From Alphaproteobacteria bacterium (GTDB taxonomy: Bacteria > Pseudomonadota > Alphaproteobacteria > Micavibrionales > UBA2020): DNA of 64,000 nucleotides. Below are positions 17,861-26,657 of this stretch, one piece after another. Numbering within the stretch: position 1 is the first letter of the stretch; every line of letters begins with the position of its first letter. The notes beneath the pieces were generated by a model that saw only the letters and a list, made by a program, of their open reading frames with translations, was not told where the DNA came from and made no database searches. The position numbers and the translations under genes were made by a program. The DNA lies in contig JAIXUW010000292.1 in NCBI GenBank assembly GCA_027483355.1, forward strand, positions 4,628 through 68,627. The letters run 5' to 3'.

Positions 17861-19417
17861 ATGGGCATTTTTGCGAAGAAAACCGGCAAGGGAGACGCCA
17901 AAAAGAGCGCCGAGACTGCTCCGGCTGCTGCCGCGACATCTACAGAGAAACCGGCCACTCCTGACAAGAAGAAACCTGATGTCGCAAATTCTAAGAAGCC
18001 TGACGCACCTAAAAAGTCAAAGGCGGCCGAGCCCGCGCCTGCGCCCGCACCCGAGAAAGAGTCTGCTCCCGCTCCGGCCCAAGCTAAGCCCAAAAAATCT
18101 GCCCCGCCTCCAAAACGCGTCATTATCGAAGAGGAGCCTGCTAAATCACCCGAAGTCGCCGAAGACTCGGACAGCGACGACGGCGCTGACGAAATCCGCC
18201 CGTTTTCTGACGGCGCCAGCGTAGCTTACGCCAATATGGCGAGCGAGCAGAACCTGGACGACGAAGACGAGGCTCGTGTTGAACATTTCGACAAGCAGGC
18301 TTCGGCGGAAGAGGAGGACAAGAGTGCCGAAGTGCCAGTTGAAGAGGAGAAGCAGGAGCGTGTTAAGCCTGCCAAGAGAAAGAGGGCCGATAGTTCCGCC
18401 GCTGCCGGCGATGCAAAGAAAAAGGAGGAGCCTGCCAAAAAGGCGGCTGCTAAGCCCAAGGGCCCACCTCCGGCGCGAAAGGCCAATCCCGACGCTGTGC
18501 CCAAGAAGAAACCAAAGAAGGCTTCGAATGCTTCCAAGTCCGAGGACGCTCCGGCCAAGTCGAATGCAAAGGCTACGTCTTCGGAGGCCGCCGAGACTGA
18601 GCAGAAAAAGTCGGACAAGCCCAAGCGTGTTGTTCGAAGCAAGGAAGAGCGCAAGGCGATTGCCGATGCCAGGGCCAAGAAAATGGGCGCCTTGAACGAG
18701 GCACTCGACGAAGAATCTCCATTGAAGCAGCTATTGATCAGGTTCAACGGCGCTTCTCCTGCGGAAGGAGGCAAGGCCAAGTCTTACGTCACCACGGATG
18801 TCGCCACCATGTATTTCACGTCCCGAAACGAATGGGATGGTGCTTCCAAGACTGAAATGGCAAAGAGTAAGTATTTGGAAATCTACGCGGCCCAGAGAGC
18901 CGGAGAGAACACGAGTGGCACGTTCTCGGCGGGCATGATGCGAAGCTTCAAGTCGTACAATGACAAGGCAAGCGAAAGCGCTTACGCCAGTGTCGCTATT
19001 GATTCCTTGAAGGGAGATAGCGCTCTTCGTTACAAGCGTCACGAGGACTCGGCTTCGATGATCGGAACGGCGACCACGGCTCGAGCGGCGCTCACCGACA
19101 TTGGCACAGCTTTGCATCTCTTGCAGCGCCTTGAGGAGATTGACACTCGTCAGTTGGATCATGAACTTGCGGCGCGTATTGCTGGAAGGCAGAAGGAATT
19201 GCGTGATTCGTGCTTGTTGAACGAGCGTGCACTTGGAAAAGACGAACCCGAGATTTTCAAGATGAGCTTGATTGGAGTCTTGAACGCACTTGATATTTTG
19301 TTCAATGATCAGGAGATTATGGCGCTCGTCCAGGCCGATGATGAGGACGGCGATGCTGAAGAAGAGGAAAGCGCCGAGCAAGCTCCTCCTCCTTCCAAGA
19401 AGCAGAAGAAGAATTGA
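17861..19417 (+). CDS. Hypothetical protein with a Lys/Ala/Pro/Glu-rich disordered N-terminal half and a helical C-terminal domain
   Basis: The ATG at 17861 is in a good context (aatATGg). Low-complexity segments include KKPDAPKKSKAAEPAPAPAPEK and KKxxPKK. The C-terminus has an acidic patch followed by PPSKKQKKN, which looks like an NLS. AATAAA lies at 19455. Confidence 0.55.
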   Translation: MGIFAKKTGKGDAKKSAETAPAAAATSTEKPATPDKKKPDVANSKKPDAPKKSKAAEPAPAPAPEKESAPAPAQAKPKKSAPPPKRVIIEEEPAKSPEVAEDSDSDDGADEIRPFSDGASVAYANMASEQNLDDEDEARVEHFDKQASAEEEDKSAEVPVEEEKQERVKPAKRKRADSSAAAGDAKKKEEPAKKAAAKPKGPPPARKANPDAVPKKKPKKASNASKSEDAPAKSNAKATSSEAAETEQKKSDKPKRVVRSKEERKAIADARAKKMGALNEALDEESPLKQLLIRFNGASPAEGGKAKSYVTTDVATMYFTSRNEWDGASKTEMAKSKYLEIYAAQRAGENTSGTFSAGMMRSFKSYNDKASESAYASVAIDSLKGDSALRYKRHEDSASMIGTATTARAALTDIGTALHLLQRLEEIDTRQLDHELAARIAGRQKELRDSCLLNERALGKDEPEIFKMSLIGVLNALDILFNDQEIMALVQADDEDGDAEEEESAEQAPPPSKKQKKN

Positions 19418-19454
19418 GTCAATTAACCCGTGCACGTTTATCTAGTTGAGTCTA

Positions 19455-19460
19455 AATAAA
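19455..19460 (+). terminator. AATAAA polyadenylation signal
   Basis: It lies 38 nt after the stop of 17861-19417. Confidence 0.5.
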
Positions 19461-19522
19461 CATATTGTTATTGTTACACGGTTGCTTTTTTTCTGAGTCC
19501 GAGCCCGATATTTCCAGAGAAG

Positions 19523-19876
19523 ATGGCTACGCCACGAGAGCAAAGATTGCATGGGTTCCAAACTGAAATCGACTCTTCGAAAGCAGAAGAAATGGGGTCA
19601 ATTATCTTTGTGGATGGTGAAATGGCAGATGGTGTTACAGTTGCCGGACAGAAAATCGTACTAGACTTCGCTAAAATTGCACCCAGTACCGCCGTTGCCG
19701 TGCTCCGCGATGTATACATCGCACTTGACGAAGAATACCCCTGCCACCCTCGCATCAAAACCATTATCAAGCATTTAAACGAAGCGGTCTACGAGGCGGA
19801 TAGAATGTGGGTCGAAAAACATGGCTACTCTCACAGCCCCGAAGAACAAAACGTTGCTTTGCCCTACGGCAATTGA
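19523..19876 (+). CDS. Hypothetical small protein (117 aa)
   Basis: The ORF starts at an ATG. I recognised no motif. Confidence 0.4.
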   Translation: MATPREQRLHGFQTEIDSSKAEEMGSIIFVDGEMADGVTVAGQKIVLDFAKIAPSTAVAVLRDVYIALDEEYPCHPRIKTIIKHLNEAVYEADRMWVEKHGYSHSPEEQNVALPYGN

Positions 19877-19920
19877 CGCGGTTTCAAGATCTTTATATGT
19901 ACATAAATGCGTGGAAAAAA

Positions 19921-20667
19921 TCATAAATCCTTTTCGTTTGGAGCGTGAAACGCGTCTTTATGCGTTGAGGGGTCGATGAAATTAACATGCTTGGGCGTGG
20001 TTGCGGCCACGATAATAAACGTTGTTCCCAAAAAGCTGAATACGTGCCAAAAGGCGTGATTCCATGAATAAAAATCAGAATCGTCGTAGAAAAAGTACAA
20101 ACTGCACGCCGTGAACAGAATCGCGACTCCGAACAAGGCGAGATTGAACTTGGAGTAAAACCCGAGGCGGCCGCCCGTTACTAGCGTCATGTGAAGCCAG
20201 ATTGACAATGATGTCGCTAAAATCGTGACCAAAGCAGGTATTAAACTTGCTTGGACATCGCATAAAAGTACAGTAACCAGAATCACGGCCTGGCAGATCT
20301 GGAACAGGCTCACGGTCGCAAACAGCTCCTTGTAGTACATTCCGTCTGGTTTTTTCGGAAAAATCTTTTTGAAGCGCCCGGACGCGATAGAAATCAAATC
20401 CACAGTCGTAAATATAGCAAACGCTATTAACGTTATATTTCCCAATGCAAAGTAGTGGTCTATCTTTACGGACATGGCGTAGGCAATGTCCGGTGGGCCC
20501 ACACATTGGCTGTAGGCTCGGCAAATATGATAGTAGAGACTCGCGCAAAATGTGAGAAAGAAGTGCGAGAATGCCAGAATGACCCAGTGTGAAAGGCAGT
20601 AGTAGATTGCAGGGAGCAAAAGCCCGTGAGTGGCTATGAGTACAGCAGCGCCAGCGTTTTCGGACAT
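19921..20667 (-). CDS. 7-TM putative metal-dependent lipid hydrolase of the PAQR / alkaline-ceramidase / Per1 (CREST) type
   Basis: There are about seven hydrophobic segments. The diagnostic polar residues sit in the expected helices: S-x-x-x-H at the end of TM2 (ASLYYHICRA), Asp at the start of TM3 (KIDHYFALG), and H-x-x-x-H in the last TM (NHAFWHVFSF). Confidence 0.5.
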   Translation of the reverse strand: MSENAGAAVLIATHGLLLPAIYYCLSHWVILAFSHFFLTFCASLYYHICRAYSQCVGPPDIAYAMSVKIDHYFALGNITLIAFAIFTTVDLISIASGRFKKIFPKKPDGMYYKELFATVSLFQICQAVILVTVLLCDVQASLIPALVTILATSLSIWLHMTLVTGGRLGFYSKFNLALFGVAILFTACSLYFFYDDSDFYSWNHAFWHVFSFLGTTFIIVAATTPKHVNFIDPSTHKDAFHAPNEKDL

Positions 20668-20819
20668 TTTTTTCGGAACACTACATTATGCGTATAATAT
20701 CGCCCAAAGTTCGCGCGGTTTAAAAAAACATATTGAAGGGCACAGAAACTAAAATTGTGCACATTTTTTTGCCCGGCGACCTTCATCCCACTTTATTTCG
20801 ACATTCAATTTGCCTAGCC

Positions 20820-23096
20820 ATGTTAAAAACACTTTTCACGTTTTCTTTGCTGTGCGTGTTTGCCGGATTCGCGAGTGGGCGAGTGGTAACGCGTCAATTC
20901 CCTTCGCCTCTCGAGTTGCGATCGCCCATGGCCTGGGAGGCGCTCATTGATATTATCCCGTACAACATATTCGCGGACGAACGAAAAGAACTACTTACTC
21001 TTTCAAAGTCTATATCCAAACAAGCGCTGCTCTACGTTTCCTTTGACGCGGCGAGCGGATCCGCTGTGCCCGTGGTCGGCAACCCGGCATCAGGTGATAA
21101 AGCCAGACAATCATTAATGGAACATGCATTTGTTCTATATGACTTTCCGGCACTTGCCCAGTCAAATGATCGCGCCATAATCGACCTAAAGTACGGCCGA
21201 CTTGGAGCCAAATTTTCCTTTGAACCGCGCGTGGAGGCCGACCTGTGCCGAATTCACGCGCCATATGCATACGTACATGTGCACTTTCAAGACGAGGATC
21301 ATATTGTATTCAAGTGGTTAATTTCCGCGTTCACTGCGGCGAGAATAGTCGACCCCGAGCGAAAGACCCATCTTTGGACCGTGTTTTTGGCCGCGGCCTC
21401 CGCGGGTGTGTCAAATGCCGATACTCTATGTATAACCATAGATAATAGCACTGATATCCCATCGGGCACTGCATTTTTGGATTTTAGCCCCGAGAGTGGA
21501 TTATGGAAAAATAAGTTGCTCCAAACTTCGGGCCTGGCTACCGCTCTTAGCGGCACATTTATTCGTTTTCATTCTTCGGATAATGCATTTGCAAAATATG
21601 TAGATTCACAAAAACCTCCTATTTTGAGCCCATATACACTAGGAGCCTGTAATGACCCAAACGGCCTTTGTTTGCCCGCGGTCGGGCCGCTACCCGAGCG
21701 GGCCCGGGCCGTCCCGTTTTCGTCCAACGTGAGACGGGCCAATTTTTCCGGATCGCCGTTCCAGCGCGGCATTCGCCCATGGAGTGCGGATAGATTAATG
21801 CTAAATATGTTCGAATCGTATCCTACATCAATGGCGGATAAAATTACCGCGCTGCAGGACGCGCAAGTCAACTCGAGCGTGTTTTCAAAGGTGGGGTCGC
21901 ACCTCAAGCCAGTGTCCGATTTAAGAGCGCGGGACAATTCGAAAAATCTGTATTTAACGAGTAGACAATTGTTGCATCGTCATAGCTTGGGCTACGCGAT
22001 GGCTGCGCCCGAAAAATCCGCGGGTGCCCAAACGATGTTGATTGCTTGGAACGCCGAATCTGACGACCACCGGCTTAGCATTCCGCGCGGATTAGCTGCG
22101 TTATTTTGCATTCTACTATTTGTACGCCGTGTGTATACTATTGATCGATTTGGCGCAGTGCAAACGGCGTTTGTGGCAAAATACTTTTCAAAATTGCGGA
22201 TCAGCCCCACGCTCGCCGGCAAATTATCCAAGGCCAATATTGTTGTGGATATTATGCAATGTTGGGTTTTGTTAGCGGCATTCATCGAAATATGTGTATC
22301 GGGTGAATTCTTAGGCCCTGGCGACATTGATCGCCTTCCCGTTGAATTTGTAGCGTTTCAATACGCGCTTTTATTCGGAACTGTGTTTTGTGCAATAGTT
22401 TTGTACATTTCTAAACTGTGGCACGCCGCGGGCGGCAATCTCGTGCGAATGCTGGAACTGTGGCTCTATTGGTCGGTCAAGTACACGGCCTGGCAGTTTG
22501 TGTTGACCGGCGCAAACATTGTTCTCCTGCGCTTCTTCTCCGTCGACTTGGAGGCTAAATTGCAGAATATTACAAAGACGAGTTTGGAAAATGGATATGA
22601 AAGGCTTGAATCTCGAGCGGCAACTCAGGCGCCAATATGGCAGAGCCAACTGTCCTCGTTTATCGGGGTCGCGCTCGTGACTCAAACGCTGGCCGTGCTT
22701 TTCCACTTCAACCCGTCCAACTTGTTTTCTCGAGCCGCGCTCGTGTTTGTATACGGAATTTTCTCGCTCTACTTTTTCTACAATGCCCTTGTATCTTGGT
22801 CCGCGATTTACGTCGGCGTAACATCGGAGCTGGCGGGCATGGTCGTGTACACGATTACAATTACGGCGCTGAGCGTCGCCAATTACGTGCTCTACAACCG
22901 GGATTTGCTCATTCCGTTCTTGTACACATTATCGTACGGAGCATACGAGACATATATGGTCACGGACGCGGTCATGGCGGCGGTTTTTTCCGCACTCGGG
23001 CTATTTTTGCACGACGTCCTTTCAAGCAGCCGCTCGGTGGCGAAAACCGTGCTCCAAGCGCAGACAGGCGCGGATAAAAGCAAAAAGAATAGCTGA
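20820..23096 (+). CDS. Multi-pass membrane glycoprotein (signal peptide, roughly 430-aa ectodomain, roughly 8-9 TM C-terminal half)
   Basis: The ATG at 20820 gives MLKTLFTFSLLCVFAGFASGRV. The C-terminal half consists of many long hydrophobic segments. AATAAA lies at 23115. Confidence 0.6.
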   Translation: MLKTLFTFSLLCVFAGFASGRVVTRQFPSPLELRSPMAWEALIDIIPYNIFADERKELLTLSKSISKQALLYVSFDAASGSAVPVVGNPASGDKARQSLMEHAFVLYDFPALAQSNDRAIIDLKYGRLGAKFSFEPRVEADLCRIHAPYAYVHVHFQDEDHIVFKWLISAFTAARIVDPERKTHLWTVFLAAASAGVSNADTLCITIDNSTDIPSGTAFLDFSPESGLWKNKLLQTSGLATALSGTFIRFHSSDNAFAKYVDSQKPPILSPYTLGACNDPNGLCLPAVGPLPERARAVPFSSNVRRANFSGSPFQRGIRPWSADRLMLNMFESYPTSMADKITALQDAQVNSSVFSKVGSHLKPVSDLRARDNSKNLYLTSRQLLHRHSLGYAMAAPEKSAGAQTMLIAWNAESDDHRLSIPRGLAALFCILLFVRRVYTIDRFGAVQTAFVAKYFSKLRISPTLAGKLSKANIVVDIMQCWVLLAAFIEICVSGEFLGPGDIDRLPVEFVAFQYALLFGTVFCAIVLYISKLWHAAGGNLVRMLELWLYWSVKYTAWQFVLTGANIVLLRFFSVDLEAKLQNITKTSLENGYERLESRAATQAPIWQSQLSSFIGVALVTQTLAVLFHFNPSNLFSRAALVFVYGIFSLYFFYNALVSWSAIYVGVTSELAGMVVYTITITALSVANYVLYNRDLLIPFLYTLSYGAYETYMVTDAVMAAVFSALGLFLHDVLSSSRSVAKTVLQAQTGADKSKKNS

Positions 23097-23114
23097 ATTT
23101 TTTTTAGGGTCTTA

Positions 23115-23120
23115 AATAAA
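23115..23120 (+). terminator. AATAAA polyadenylation signal
   Basis: It lies 19 nt after the stop of 20820-23096. Confidence 0.5.
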
Positions 23121-23192
23121 AACTTGTATTTTGATGTGTTAGAGTGAATGAGGCGAGTGTACTCAAAAAAAAAAGGGATAAGTTTGCCAAGA

Positions 23193-23591
23193 ATGACTTA
23201 CGTCCATCCGGGGCAGCCGCCCGCGTTCTTCATGAACCCGCCCGAATTGCCTGAAAGCTTTGAGCTCAAGTCTGTTTATACGGCTCCTGATAAGATCCAG
23301 GAACTCGAGAGGAGAATTGCGCTTATGGAAAAAGAATTTCTCGGGGTCAAGGAACCGGAAGAGGCAATAAGAAATATACATGCCAGACGTCGCGCACGAA
23401 GTCTTATATCGTTGTTTGCACTCCTCTTCATCATTACCGTTTTTGCAATGCAAGTTGTTCATACTGTTTTCTACTTTGGTGAGGGTGCAAGGGAGACGGC
23501 TGGTCGCCACGACGCGGTCATGAAGGCGATTGCTCAAGTCCGGGCTCTGGTCACAACCGGTCACTCTGGGACAATGGTAAACGCTACTTAA
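23193..23591 (+). CDS. Small single-pass membrane protein (132 aa)
   Basis: The first ATG is at 23193. The protein has a coiled N-terminal part followed by the TM segment LISLFALLFIITVFAMQVV. Confidence 0.45.
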   Translation: MTYVHPGQPPAFFMNPPELPESFELKSVYTAPDKIQELERRIALMEKEFLGVKEPEEAIRNIHARRRARSLISLFALLFIITVFAMQVVHTVFYFGEGARETAGRHDAVMKAIAQVRALVTTGHSGTMVNAT

Positions 23592-23676
23592 ATGTATCAT
23601 ATGTATCTTTATTAAAAGTTTTTTGCGCTTCTCGCGTATAGTTTGGTAAAAGTGTCTAGTTAAACCCAAAAAAGGA

Positions 23677-23937
23677 ATGCCTCGCCCTAAGCCCCGCCAG
23701 AATTTGGCCTCCAAACTGGCCAGTCTCACAGTTGCAGACACGCCATCAAAATTCACGCCAATCGCGGGTGCTCTGCCCTATGTAGAACCCGCTAACGGCG
23801 CGGTGCTCCCCAACGCGGTGACCAAACGCAGAAAGAAGAGCAAGAAAGGACGCAAATCGAAGACGGTGAAGAAAACAAAGAGTTTAAAGAGTACAAAGAA
23901 ATCAAAGAAGGTCAAGAAACGACAAAGCCGAAAGTGA
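23677..23937 (+). CDS. Small, extremely basic protein (86 aa; protamine- or core-protein-like C-terminal half)
   Basis: The C-terminal 40 aa read TKRRKKSKKGRKSKTVKKTKSLKSTKKSKKVKKRQSRK. AATAAA lies at 24005. Confidence 0.55.
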   Translation: MPRPKPRQNLASKLASLTVADTPSKFTPIAGALPYVEPANGAVLPNAVTKRRKKSKKGRKSKTVKKTKSLKSTKKSKKVKKRQSRK

Positions 23938-24004
23938 CAATGCAGTGACAATGATGATAATAACTTGTGTGTATTTGTAATCATAATTACATGAACAGTT
24001 TGCT

Positions 24005-24010
24005 AATAAA
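24005..24010 (+). terminator. AATAAA polyadenylation signal
   Basis: It lies 68 nt after the stop of 23677-23937. Confidence 0.4.
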
Positions 24011-24740
24011 CTTGCCCGTTGTCTCTACAACTACTCTAGTCTGCTCTAATTGGAATCGACACTACTGTTCTGAGAAATGTGCATCAGATCCAAGCACTGT
24101 TCATTGTCGCTGCCATCCACTTGATCACTTTGAAAGCTTTCACTGCTGTCTTCGCTTTCCACAATCTTCTGTTTCTTATTCGGTAGGAATTCGTTCTGAT
24201 CTCTCTTATGTTTCTTTCCCACCGCACGGAGACGTCTTGTGTCCGCCACTGCAAGGTCGCGTAAACAATAAAAAAAAAGGCAGAATCTCCGTCAGAAAGA
24301 TGTCAATATGAACTGTCTGTGAAAGGAAAAGAAAAGAACTGCTGCTGCTGCTGCATATGAGGGATCTCTCGCGAATTACTGAGTGGACTCTCCGCCCGGG
24401 AGCATACTGTGTCAGCCAGACGAACGGGATTACCACCACAGCCACGTCAACTCAACGCAGCCAGATGAGATGTAATTGCGATCAGAAGCCACGCAGTGAG
24501 TCTGGGCCAGTGATCGCGTTCCTCTCTCATCGCGCGAACTGTTCAACATATGTTTACCCTGCGAGAGCTCCCATTTGACGCGTCGGGATCCGCCACTGCA
24601 CCATGGGGCATTAAACCAGCCGCGCTTCCCACCCAACCTCCCGCTCCACCCGAAAGGGAGAACGTCACATCGATTGGGTAGTACGATGACAGCCAGCTAT
24701 AGCCCCACAGCCCGGAGAAGGTAGAGAACCCGCCATGGGC

Positions 24741-25709
24741 CTAATCAACCCGGTTGCAATCGATCACCAACACGCTATGCAGCAGAATCTGACGGAGATA
24801 TAGAGAAGACGTATTTGGATAAGTCGCCAACAGCTTCACTACGTCGCAAAGTCGAAACCCACGAAGAGAGGGCATCTTATTCCACCGCTGTTGGATTGCT
24901 TCAATGGCATGCTTTCTGAAATCAGTGCGAGGATGAATGAGCGGAGACACCTCAGGCTCGCAATGGAAAACATAGAAAGCCGTGCGTTGCAAAAGGGCTT
25001 CGAAATCCCAGATGCAATGCTCGCACAAAAACCGAATCTCCTCCCCCGCGACATGGGGATTTGTCAGGTAAGCGGACATGCCGCTGCCGAGAATCGAGGC
25101 CCGAAAATTCATTGGATGAATTTCACAGCAGGCACAGAGGCCCCTCTGACGACGATAAAGAGACGTAAGGAAGCACATGGGGAAGAGGACTTCGGTGTGT
25201 CGATAACGGAGGACGTAATTCGACTCAATGTTGCGACGAATTCTATGAGATAGCGTGGAAAGTGTCATGGCGGAAGCATGTGGTAGATAACGCAACAAAA
25301 CATGCACCAGGGGTTGGAAAGCAAAATACGTTTCGCAGTCGACACCGTCCTGCTTGGGGCCAAGAGCGAGTTCGGATGCGAGCTCGGGAGCGAGTTCAGC
25401 AGCAGGTCGAGGAGCGAGTTCAGCGGCAGGCTGAGGAACAAGTTCAGCAGCAGGTTGAGGAGCGAGTTCGGCAGCAGGTTGAGGAGCAAGATCAGCGGCA
25501 GGCTGAGGAACAAGTTCGGCAGCAGGTTGAGGAGCAAGATCAGCAGCAGGCTGAGGAACAAGTTCGGCGGCAGGTTGAGGAACAAGTTCAGCAGCAGGTT
25601 GAGGATCTCTTCGTCGTCGTGCTGTTAGAGCACGTGCACGGCGGATGATAGCGGATCCGAGCCTTCTACTAACGTTCACAGTGGCTTTTACACCAGAAAC
25701 TCTGAACAT
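24741..25709 (-). CDS. Repeat protein: basic N-terminus, 10 x PQPAAELV octapeptide repeats, and a Cys/His-containing C-terminal domain with an F-box-like segment
   Basis: The start is an ATG at 25709. The repeat spans aa 36-115. The F-box-like stretch is QPLVHVLLRYLPHASAMTLSTLSHRIRRNI. Confidence 0.5.
   Translation of the reverse strand: MFRVSGVKATVNVSRRLGSAIIRRARALTARRRRDPQPAAELVPQPAAELVPQPAADLAPQPAAELVPQPAADLAPQPAAELAPQPAAELVPQPAAELAPRPAAELAPELASELALGPKQDGVDCETYFAFQPLVHVLLRYLPHASAMTLSTLSHRIRRNIESNYVLRYRHTEVLFPMCFLTSLYRRQRGLCACCEIHPMNFRASILGSGMSAYLTNPHVAGEEIRFLCEHCIWDFEALLQRTAFYVFHCEPEVSPLIHPRTDFRKHAIEAIQQRWNKMPSLRGFRLCDVVKLLATYPNTSSLYLRQILLHSVLVIDCNRVD
25365..25604 (-). repeat. 24-nt coding tandem repeat x 10 (PQPAAELV and variants)
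   Basis: The units are PQPAAELV x2, PQPAADLA, PQPAAELV, PQPAADLA, PQPAAELA, PQPAAELV, PQPAAELA, PRPAAELA and PELASELA. All three frames on both strands stay open across the repeat. Confidence 0.9.
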
Positions 25710-26657
25710 GTGGTATAATAAACAGCAGCGTAAGCGAGGTCCTTGGTTTCAGGTAAAGCGCGAGAAAAAAGTCTGAAAATTGTCCCGGGTGAAAATTTGA
25801 TACGACAATGTTAATGCAAAAAATGTAAAAGGGAAAATGCAACGTTTGAAAGGTAGATGACATCTGAAATATGAAGAGGCGCGCGTGGAGGAAAGTGGCC
25901 AAACCAACCGGGAACTCTGCCAGACACAGAGATTGAGTATAAAAATCAAAGAGTAAAACGTTCTACTCGCCAAAAGATATGGTTTGAGAGGTAGATGAAA
26001 TAGAAAAGAACGCACCCTGCATGGAAAACCGGCGGAATAGCGCGACAGGCCTCCACGGTGGGTTTGATCACTTCAAAAATTGGTTTCGCGGCCTTGAATA
26101 TGGGTGCAACAACCCAAATAATAGAGACGAAGGTATAAATGAAGCCAAAGGGCCCGGAACCGGACGCGTGGGAAGAAGCGTTTTCCAACGGCACCACGCC
26201 TGTTGGAAACTCCATGGAAGCTGACGATGCCGATCGATGAAAGATGTACAATGCCTGTGGAAGGCAGTGAAGATAGAATAATGCGCGACGAGCGCGGCAC
26301 CGGTGTCGACACTGAAACTTCTGACGATGCTTGGAAGATTCTTTGAACGCGCCGCCGTCGCGAGTCGCACCACCCCAGACGTCGACTTCTGTCTGGAGTT
26401 CCATTTTTTCAAAAATGCCTGGTCTGTCAACATCTCATTTTTTGCGGATCAATGCTCGATTTGAACCACATAGACGTATATACACCGGATCTTTGCGGGT
26501 GGACATTTTTTTTTGTTTTGACGGCTGAAGGTCGGAAAGGGCCGACCAATATTTTTTTGGCAATATGTTACAGGTCTGTATTAAGACGCGCGCAGAATAA
26601 CCACTGATTTAGTATTGATTCATATAAGGTAGTTTATGTGACAGATTTTACTACGGC

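Noticed and set aside
18226-19435. Minus-strand ORFs of 184 aa and 234 aa lie antisense to 17861-19417.
   Set aside because: They are kept open by the low-complexity K/A/P/E coding repeats on the plus strand, and their translations are Ser/Ala/Leu-rich nonsense.
20075-20548. A 157-aa alternative-frame minus-strand ORF lies inside the 7-TM hydrolase gene.
   Set aside because: It is on the same strand in a different frame. The 248-aa frame gives seven clean TM helices with the CREST motifs, whereas this frame gives an Arg/Pro-rich sequence.
25365-25604. I considered whether the regular 24-nt repeats could be a CRISPR-like array.
   Set aside because: The units are contiguous with no spacers, they are in frame, and they encode an octapeptide repeat inside a long ORF. 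There are no cas genes, and the context is a eukaryotic virus.
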